Positions 54,825 through 64,000 of a stretch of DNA of 64,000 nucleotides are shown here, piece after piece. Origin of the DNA: Geosiphon pyriformis uo1 (taxonomy: Eukaryota; Fungi; Glomeromycota). Numbering within the stretch: position 1 is the stretch's first letter; the number at the start of each line of letters is the position of its first letter. The stretch is taken from the NCBI GenBank assembly GCA_016748015.1, contig JAAOMT010000400.1, positions 516,113 through 580,112 on the forward strand. Reading direction: 5' to 3'. The notes beneath the pieces are model-generated. The model saw only the letters and a program-made list of their open reading frames with translations. It was not told the DNA's origin and did not search any database. The position numbers and the translations under genes are program-made.

Positions 54825-55804
54825 TGTTACCAGAGATTTTTAGTCTCTTTTCCTAAATGTTGTTAATATCTGTTTGTTGTGAATTCACGTTTTCTGAATG
54901 TAGTTGAACCTCCAGTAACTGAATTTATCTTCAAATTATCTCCTATAATTTGAACTGCTGGGCTTATAAGTGGAATGACCAATTCCATACCAGTTGCTTC
55001 ATGTAGTTACATTGTAGTAAACGTCAACTTTTTTCCAGGAATTGCTCATCTGGAAGCTCACTAAAAATGTGTAGTTACTTTGCTGTAAAAGTCAACTCTT
55101 CTACAGGAATCTTGTTTGTAGGCTACCCTAATAATTATAATAAGAAAATAAAAAAAATAAAATAAAAAAAATGTAAAAGAAATAGAATTTTATCAAGGAA
55201 AACGTTTTTCTATTCAGGCCTGGAGTCACTAACAGTTTACTGAAATTGGTAGCTAATCAATTTCAAAATGTTAGTTGGGTTTTGGAGATTTTCCAAGTGC
55301 AATAATTAAAAAATTTGGTTTTTTGAATTATTTGATATCTATTTTTTTTTGTGTGTGTAGGAATAGTTCTAAGTAAATAAATCTAAAGTAAGATATATTT
55401 CCTCGAAGAGAGAAGCTTTTCTTTTATACAACTTGTTATAACACTATTCCATGAACTTGAACTTTGCTCTTTTCTACAATTTTGTTGAACTAAAGATACA
55501 TTTCGGCGAACTACAAGTTATTTCTACAAACTATTAGATATTTCAGTGAACTATCTATTCGGCAAATTTCTACAAATTTTGGCAAACTTTTGAATGTTAC
55601 ATATTTTGGGGTATTGCATAATTGATTATCACAATTAGGTTACATTTATGTTATATGCAAATTGGGTTATTAATTAAATGATAATTTCGGACATTTTGCT
55701 AATGTAATAAATGATAATTTGAAACAATAATATATGCTAATTAATAATAGGGATTATAAAGATAATTTCATGCTAAATAATATCTCTAATTTCGTCTGGT
55801 AACA
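54825..55804 (-). repeat. 3' LTR of G7 (980 bp)
   Basis: 54825-55105 aligns without gaps to 63720-64000 (17 mismatches in 281 bp). Confidence 0.95.
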
Positions 55805-56485
55805 TAATCTCCTTCTTAAGACTGAGCTCCATCAAAGTCCAAGTACTGTCTGTAATTTCCAGATAATAATCCAAAATTATTGAAGAAATTTGGTCTGAAA
55901 ATTGTTGAAATTTCAGTTCTGTGAGCTTTCCAATGTATTGAATCTTCAAAGGCTGTAAAATTGGGTTTTGTAGGACGTTTTCACAGGTGTAAAATAGGTC
56001 ATAAAGTTTAAGAGCAGCTCTTAGTTTATAACAACTGTTTGTAGGTCCAGCTGTTGTCTTGAATTTATTGTGGAGTTGTTTCCAAATAGCTTTTTTTGTG
56101 AGGTTTGCTGCTGTAAGCTCTTATTTTCATTCGTTTGTGAAGTGTTTTTCCAATGTAGAAATATCTATATATTGAAATATAGTTGTAGTTTTCTTTGTTA
56201 AGACACAGTTGAAGTTTTTGTTGAATAGTAGCATTTGGTGGAATACTAATAAGAGTGAGCATTTAAAGCAAGCTTTAAAAGTTCTGGCAGGTGACTTCCA
56301 GAATAACTTCTTGTGTTCTTCTTATATAGGTGATATTTTCATGAATTTGGGGCTAAATTTGTAACTACTTCTGTTTGGGTATAATTAATGTGGTTTCCAG
56401 TAACAATAATAGATAATTTGGGTATTGTTTTTAAAGCTAACATTAGTTTTTGGGATAATTGTTGAATGTTTTGAGGAATAGTCAT
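55780..56485 (-). pseudogene. G7 ORF3: unknown ~200-230-aa helical protein downstream of integrase
   Basis: ATG at 56485: MTIPQNIQQLSQKLMLALK... / RYFYIGKTL / KAIWKQLHNKF...KLRAALKLYDLFY...IQYIGKLTELKFQQF, reconstructed across frameshifts. Homologous to G5 50222-50890. Confidence 0.7.
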
Positions 56486-56610
56486 TATAAGAGATTTGAA
56501 AATAAAAGAAAATTATTTTTGGTAAATGGGTTTTTATGTTATTTTTGCTTTGTTTTTGTGAGATTGTTTCTAAATTATAAGGAGATAACTATAATAATAA
56601 TAAATTTAAG

Positions 56611-57996
56611 TTAAGTGTTCAAGTTGGGAGGTTGTTCAATAACAACTATTGGTTCTAAATTTCGGGGAATATCTTCGGGATTGATTAAAAGGGAATGTGT
56701 ACCAATTTGTAGAATTAATGGTTCAGGATTGTTTCTGGAATTATAGTGTTTCAAACAATCTCCATGTGCAACTTTTGCTAGGATTTTGTTATCAAGTCTT
56801 AGCTTATATGATCCATTGCCTAGAACTTCATGGATAAAGAATGGCCCATCCCATTTATTTTCAAATTTTCCACTCCATTGTTTTTCAGCTTTAGTTCTGT
56901 GTAAGAGAACTTTGTTTCCAACTTTAAATTCATTGGTAACTGGAGGCAATTTGTTGTTATGCCATTCTTTTTGTTGAGCTTAGGAGTGTTTAATATGGGT
57001 GGCTGTTATTCATTGTTTTTTTTTCAACGTGCTAAACAGAGTGTAGGCTCTTTATTGAAGTGTTTCCTGGAAATTGTTTTTATCAATTGGTTGTGCTGGG
57101 TATGTTTCTACTGTGAAACTAATTGGTAACATTGCTGTTCTTCCGTAAGTTAAATCAAATGGTGTGTGTTTTGTGGTATCTTGTTTTAGTGTTCTGTATG
57201 CTAATAACACTGATAGAATAAAGATATCCTATTCTTGCTCAAAATCGGTTGAGACTTTGGCTAATGACTCACACAATGTTCTGTTAAAATGTTCTATAAA
57301 TCCGTTTGTTTGTAGATGGTAGGGCAAAGACAGAGGTCTTTTGACATTAAATCGTTCACAGATTTTTTGAATTAGATTGTTCACAAAATGTGTTCCTTGA
57401 TCAGATAAAAGTTTGATTGGGCATCCATGTCTACAAATAATGTCTTCATAGATAAAATTTGCTACTGATTTTGCATCTGCTTGTTGAATGGCTCTGGCTT
57501 CAGGCCATTTAATAAGATAGTCTATGGCTACTACAATATAATGGTTTCTTTGGTTTGTGATAAGTAGTGGTCCAACTAAATTAATACCAACTTGGTCAAA
57601 AAGCTGTCCAACTTTGATTGGGTTTAAAGATTCTGTAGGGTGAGTTCCTCCTTTTTTTTGACAACTATTACAAGATTTAACGTATTTATGAATGTCTTTT
57701 TTCATTCGAGGCCAAAAGTAATATTCTAGTGTTCTCTGAGTGGTGCTGTCTTTTCCTAGATGTGCTAATGAAGGGTCCAAGTGCATGTTGTATAAAATAG
57801 TTTTTTTTTCATGTTCTTGTATTAATTTGAGCGGACTGTCTGGATTTCTGAAGTTTTGATAATAAATAATGTTATTGTGTAAAAAGTATTGTTTGGCTTG
57901 TTGTTGTAACTGATGTTTTTCATCTGGGGATCAATCTGTTGGGATTGTTAATGTCTTCAGATATTGTTTAAGATTGTTGTAGTTTTTGGGGTTCAT
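56611..57996 (-). pseudogene. G7 integrase ORF (HHCC - DDE core - GPY/F SH3-like; no chromodomain)
   Basis: Own ATG at 57996 (MNPKNYNNLKQYL). ORF-track pieces 57229-57786 and 56611-56949 share this frame. Confidence 0.85.
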
Positions 57997-59879
57997 TGTT
58001 TGTTGTTTTGTTGTTAATTCAAATGGGTGTTGGTTTTGTATTCTAATTTTGCCTCATTCTTGAGAGATAATCAATGTTGGTATGGAGTTTTCTTGGTTTG
58101 TGGTGTACAATATATTAGTAGTTGGCTAAAAATCCTGTCTATCAGATTTGTTTTGCATTTAGCTGAGTGTTTTTGTTTTGAAGCCATTTGAGTCCAATAT
58201 TATTAGTGATAATATCGAATTTTTTAGGTCTGAAATAAAGGTTGAAGTGATATAGAGCCCAAATTATGGCTGCTGTTTCTAGTTCTGTGGCAGGATAGTT
58301 TTTCTCGGCTGGTTTTAATGTTCTGCTAGCATAAGCAATTACTTGTTCATTTCTGTTGTTATCTAATTGTGATAAGATGGCACCAAAGGCAGTGTAAAAA
58401 GCATCTGTAACTAGTCAAAATTGGTTACTGAAGTCTGGGTAGGTGAGAATTGGAGCTGTTGTCAGCTTTTCCTTGAGAATTTCAAAAGCTTTTTGGTGTT
58501 CTTCTGTCCATTTGTATTTGACATTTTTAGTAGTGAGCTGGTTGAAGGATTTTGCGATTTCTGAGAATCCTTTGATGAATTTTTGGTAATAAGATGCTAA
58601 TCCAATAAATCCTCTCAATTCTGTGGTATTTCATGGGGTCTTGAAGTTCTTGACAGTGCTGATTTTTCTGGGGTCTGGTTTAATTCCATTTTTGCTCACA
58701 ATGTGGCCAAGAAAAGCCAAACTCGTTTTTCCAAAGTAGCATTTTTTGATGTTCAGTTTCAATTCTGTTTTCTGTAATCATTGAAAAACTTCTTGTAAGT
58801 GTTTTAAGTGTAATTCAAAAGATGGTAAATAAACATCAGTATCATCGAGATAGACAACTACTGATTTCCAAAGAAGGCCTTTGTAAACAACATCCATAAG
58901 TCTTTGAAATGTTGCTGATGCATTGCATAATCCGAAAAGCATTACGTTGAACTTGTAATTTCCTCTTTGAGTGGTAAATGCTGTTTTGGGGCAATCTTTG
59001 AGATCCATGGCAACTTGCCAGTATTTGCTCTCTAAATCTAATGTCGAAAAGTATTTGGACTTTCCAAAGGCATCCAACATATTATCAATTCAGGAAAGAG
59101 GGTAGGCATCTCCAATAGTAACACTGTTGAATTGTCGATAATCAACACAAAATTGTATCTTTCCATTTTTTTTTTAATTAAGACCACAGGTGAGGCTCAT
59201 AGACTCATTGATAGTTAAATAAGCCCATTGTTAAACATTCATTGTATTTTTTCTCTGATAAATTGGTGGCTTTTTGGAACAACTCGATAGGCTTGTTGTC
59301 ACCTTGGTTTGGCATCTCCTGTATAAATTTGGTGTTGAACCAAATCAGTTCTTCCTAAGTCATTGTTGTTTTCAGCAAAAATATCAGCAAATTCTGCAAT
59401 TAGCTCTTTAAGCTGGTTCTGTTGTTGTGGTTTAAGTTGTCCCATGTTGATTTGAGATAGTTTTTTCATGACAACATGGTAGTTTTCAGAGCTGGAGTTT
59501 GGGTTGATTTTTGGTAGTGAATGTCCAATGATTTTCAAAAAATTGAGAACTGTTTGGGGTAGTTCTTGTTGAAAGATGTTACTGTAAATGACTCCAATTT
59601 CTAAGTTATTTAATAAAACTATGGGATAATTGTTGGAATTGTAAAAAGTAACTTGGACTTTCTTTGTTCCTTCTGGAATATAAATGTTTGGGATCAAGAT
59701 ATTATGTTCCAAGCAGACTTGTTTGTTGAATTCAAAAATTTGTTGTGTGGTTGTTGGCTTTGGGCAGATGTAGATTTCTGGATGTTCTCCAAAGGGTAAA
59801 ATAGTAATTGGTTGTGGAAGTCATAGAATCTGGTGAGATTCATTTTGTTTATTAAGAGCTATGTTTACTGGAACTGTGA

Positions 59880-60290
59880 ATTGTCCAGTTGAACCAAAAC
59901 TATTGGTTTTTCTTTCACTTTTTCCCAATTGTTCTCTTTGACTGATTAATTGTAAACCTGAAATGTTGATTAAGGGTAAATAAATAGCTTGAGCGATTTT
60001 TTTGGCATGTTCAATCTGAAAAAGTTTATCAGTTTTATTTTGTAACATGATTGTAATGTCTTCTGTATATCCAGCAACTATGATTCCTTCTCTAACATTG
60101 ATTTTTTTGCTTGCCAATGATGATTGTGAAGTGATTTGGATCATTGCTTCTAGTGAGATTTTGAGGGCAATTTTGAGGTTGATCTTGGTAAGGGAATTTG
60201 GTTGAAAAACCAAAGTGTCTTTTTCTGGATATTATAGATCGTATCCAGCATCAATTTCATGTGCTTTTTCAGGCTTTATTCCTTGTCTGT
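59880..60290 (-). pseudogene. dut: Retrotransposon-encoded dUTPase domain (G7)
   Basis: PEKAHEIDAGYDL, QSSLASK, GIIVAGYTEDI, KIAQAIY, RKTNSFGSTG. Confidence 0.9.
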
Positions 60291-63200
60291 TGTTGTTGAA
60301 GTATTTGAGCTATAAGGCAGGCTGATTTTTGATAAGATAGATGGGTGTTGCTTCAATTTCTTCTGTTGCTTCAGGTTCTCCAAATTCAATTTCATATTTA
60401 TTGCTTTCACTGGGCAGAGAAATGCTAAGAGCATAGCATTCAGAACACCACTGTTCATTACAAGGCATAATGCATTCTTCACATAGCCTAATGTTCATTT
60501 GCTCTAATCATTGAATTTGAGCTTTTTGGGTTGGGTAGGTGTGATTTGCAATTTAGTGGTAGACTTCTACTTCATCTTCATAATTAAATCCAGCTAATTC
60601 TATGGTGTATTCAATGTATTCTGCTTCCTTCATTTGACAGACATCTTCTTTGGTAGCTCCATTAATTAATGCCATTGCTAAGTCGAAAATCATTTCAGCA
60701 TCATGGGGGTAATGATAAAGTTTGTTGAGAGCACTGTTGTATGCTGCATTGAAAAGTGTTCTTTTTTTGACTTTTTCTGAAATTAATAAAACATATTGGC
60801 AGGTTTGATCACAGACTCCTCCTCTCATTGCTACATCAATTCAATTGCATTCTTCTGGTAGCATATTTTCACAAGTCAAACAAGGGGTGTTGTCCTATTT
60901 TCCACTTCTTTTTATTAGATGGTCTTATTGTTCTCTGTGGCAAGCCTTGCAGTAATAACAAGTATGATTTTCATATTCTTCTTCAGGTGAAATGCAAGCT
61001 CCTATTAATGAGAGTTTCTTGTGGCAATCCTTGCATTTGAGTGGAATATAAGAGTGTTGTTTTCATGGTTCTGGTTTTAATAGAAAACATTCCATCTGGG
61101 TGTCACTGGTTCTTCTGTTTCAAGAGAATTGTTTGTTGAAAAATACTGTTGTTCAGTTTTATCAGCCCAATTGAAGGTTAATCCAAGTGCCATAAATGTT
61201 TCAATAATGGGGTTTTTTTTTTCTGGTTCAAATTCAAAAGCCGGGGCTTTTTTGGAGCATTTGTTGAATGTATCACAAGTAGTGGGTACTTGGGCATATT
61301 GTCCTTGATAGGAGAGTTGTAATTCTTGGGTTTCCCAGTCTAATTTTGTATTGGCTTTTTGGAGCCAATTATTTCCAATAAGGGCTTAATACTGGGGCAT
61401 GTCCATGACAAGAACTTTGACTGGAATGGTGATTCCATCAAGAGTGAACAGAAAATTGTCAATTTCTCCTACTGGAGTCTTTTTCATGTCATCGGCAGTA
61501 ACAATTACTGTTTGAGCTGATCGGTTGACATTTCTCTTTAACTGTTGCATTAACTGGTAGGTAATGATGCTTCCAGCAGATCCACTGTTTAGGATCAAGT
61601 GAATTGCCTTTCCTTCGACTTTTGCTTCAGTGTACATAGCAGTAATTGCTTTTTGTTTGTTGGTGGCTGCATTGCTAAGCAGGAATGGTGACTCATTTGC
61701 TTCGAACTCAAAAGAGAATATATCTGAAAGATTGGCATTTTCAGCAATTCTGGCTGGTGAGATTGTGGTATGAATATAGGAAAAGTTTTGTTGTCGTGCT
61801 GCAGCTCTACCTTCTGAGAGTGCAGTATGATGAAAATTCTGTTCTTTAGGTATTGTAAGATAACTAGGTTGAGTATGATAATGGGTGAGTTTTGGCTAAG
61901 CTGGATTTCGGGGAACTAATTGGTTATTTGGGTTGATTCTGTTGTTGTTTGTTGCGAATTGGTTTTGTGGTGCAAATTGGTTTTGTTGAACCAATCTTCA
62001 AGCAGATACTTGGTAATGTTGAATGGATTGTCAATACTGTTGTTGCATTGGCTGTGAAACAGGTTGATAATAGTCGGTTTGATATTGTGGTCTTGGTGGA
62101 TAGTAAGCTGGTGGTAATGGTAGTTGGTAATAAGATTGTTGGGGCAAAGAATAACATTAATTACTCCTGTTTTGTTGGTCTCGTTGTAGCTTTCTGCAAT
62201 TTCTTTTCCAGTGGCCAGAGATTTTACAGTAATGGCAATTCTGAGGCTGATTATTAGGAGATGATACAAAGTTGTTTTAATTCTGTCTTTGGGGTGGTTA
62301 ATATCTTTGGGATTGCTGTTGTTGTTGGTTGGTGAAATAGTTTTTGACTTTCTTTGTGAGTTGGTCAATTTTCTCTTCAGCTGCTGAGCTGGTCTCTTCA
62401 ATGGCTAAGTTCACGAGTTTTGTACAATTGGCTTCTTCTATGGCCATTTCATATCTCTTTGCATGCTGAATGACAGAGTTTAAATCTTCTGGGGCATGTG
62501 GGTGAACCTTTTTAATCAGTTTATTCTTTAAACCAGTGATAAATTGATCTAAGATTTGAGCATTGGAATAATAATCATTAGTTTTAAGTTGGCAAATTTG
62601 TCTGAGAAGTTTGTTGAATTTCCCAATATAAGTCATGACAGATTTGGAGGGTTCTTGTTTAATATAGCAAAAACAATTTCGAAGTGTAATTGAGGTGTTG
62701 TTATCAGTGAATTGTTTTAAGAAGGCAGTTTTGAAAGCTGTCCAGTCATTAAAAAGGGTGGTCAAGTTTTTGAACCATTTGCCTGCTGTTCCTTTGAGAA
62801 AGTAGGGAATTGTTCTTAACATTTTGGCAGCATTCCATCCATTTGCATCTCCAGCTTTAGTAACTTGGTTGAGCCATTCTTGGAGACTGGTCTCAATGTC
62901 TTTTCCATTAAATTCAGGGATTTTTGCAATATATGCTGTCATTTCGTCTTCTTCATTTTTACTGTCTATTGATTTTTCTTTAGATATTTCAGAGTCATTT
63001 CCTTCATTCGCTGCTGTCTCAAAGTGTTTACTTAAATTTTCAGCTAGAAAGCCAAGGAGATTGGAACTAGTTTGAAAAAGTTCTTGTTGTCTGGTAGGAC
63101 TTCTGGGTGATGTAAAATTTTCTAGTCTTGCAAATCGATTTAAAGGTGAATTAGGTGTTTGTGCTTGTCCAAGTGAAGCTGGAAAAAGTGTGATAGTAAG

Positions 63201-63719
63201 TGGAAGTTTTGAACTGGTTTCTTGTTCAGGTGTTTGTAAGTGTTTGGCAGTTGTTTTTGGTAGTATTGGAGTATTTGGGGTGGTTTTTAAGTATTGCTTC
63301 AATTTTTGTTTGTCTTTGTTGCTTGTTTCTGTCTCTGATTCAAAATCAATAGTGTATTAAGACTGCACTGGATATGTTTCTTCACAGTACTTGATAATGT
63401 TAAAATTAAGTTCTTGAAAGTAAGTGGCAAGTGTTTTACTGTTAAGGTCTTTAGTTCCCAATTGTGAATAGTATACTAAATTATTGTAAAGGTTGCTTCT
63501 AACTTCTGAGATATTGTAATTTCCAAAAAAATAATTGTTGAAGTGGTTTTTAATGTATTGGTATACTAATTTCTTGACAACTTCAATTCCGTCTGGAATG
63601 TTGAATCTTTGCTTGCAGTAGTTGTAAATTGACTGGTAATACTTTAGAGTTGTTGTGTCTGGTGTGATCACTACTTTGAAGTTGTTTTTGCTGTGTTGTT
63701 TCTATGAAAGAGCACCAAA

Positions 63720-64000
63720 TGTTACCGGAGGTTTTTAGTCTCTTTTTCTAAATGTTGTTGATGCCTGTTTGTTGTGAATTCACGTTTTCTGGATGTGGTT
63801 GAACCTCCAGTAACTGAATTTATTTTCAAATTATCTCCTATAATTTGAACTGCTGGGCTTATAAGTGGAATGGCCAATTCCATGCCAGTTGCTTCATGTA
63901 GTTACATTGTAGTAAACATCAACTTTTTTCCAGAAATTGCTTGTCTGGAAGCTCATTAAAAATGTGTAGTTACTTTGCTGTGAAAGTCAACTCTTCTACA
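63720..64000 (-). repeat. 5' LTR of G7 (partial, U5 end)
   Basis: Direct repeat of 54825-55105, adjacent to PBS TTTGGTGCTCTTTCATAG. Confidence 0.95.

Larger units (their letters stand above)
54825..64000 (-). mobile_element. Gypsy copy G7 (family C): near-complete element; 5' LTR runs off the window
   Basis: 3' LTR 54825-55804 (10-bp inverted termini tgttaccaga/tctggtaaca), PPT 55805-55817, ORF3, IN (HLD..H..CNSC, D..D..E, GPF), RH, RT (YLDD), dUTPase, Cys-rich module, PR (LILNSGS), gag (IAKIPEFNG, CHYCKISGHWKRNC), PBS ~63700-63719, 5' LTR from 63720. Confidence 0.95.

Noticed and set aside
55780-56485. ORF3 as a retroviral env
   Set aside because: Short, with no signal peptide, transmembrane anchor or cleavage motif visible.
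56611-56949. Chromodomain at the integrase C-terminus
   Set aside because: Only the GPY/F SH3-like module and a short tail are present; no chromodomain aromatic pattern.

Overview
Very AT-rich eukaryotic DNA. The gene and retroelement families suggest an early-diverging fungus of the Glomeromycota type (Geosiphon-like); this is inference, not a database result. Only two intact host genes are visible. One is a spliced T-box transcription factor (2989-5101, -). The other is a DNase I-family nuclease with no signal peptide and an uninterrupted coding region (23379-24968, +). There are two pseudogenes: a Crinkler/REase-like remnant and a SEL1-repeat + kinase gene. The rest is retroelement: one full-length decayed LINE (APE-RT-RNase H), several LINE pieces (two short ones with perfect TSDs), and a 35-kb nest (29.1-64 kb) of at least seven Ty3/Gypsy copies from three related families. 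Main discoveries: (1) An unusual Gypsy architecture conserved across two divergent families: a helical N-terminal Gag extension, a triple Cys4 zinc-finger module plus dUTPase between protease and RT, an integrase apparently in its own ORF, and a conserved non-Env third ORF. (2) A RIP-like C:G->T:A hypermutation concentrated in long repeats: 17 of 17 differences between the paired LTRs of one element are transitions, mostly outside CpG, and ~300-bp LINE stubs and a host pseudogene keep their CpGs. (3) An apparently intracellular DNase I lacking the conserved disulfide and carrying a CCC cluster. All translations, counts and alignments were done by eye, and boundaries of decayed elements are approximate.
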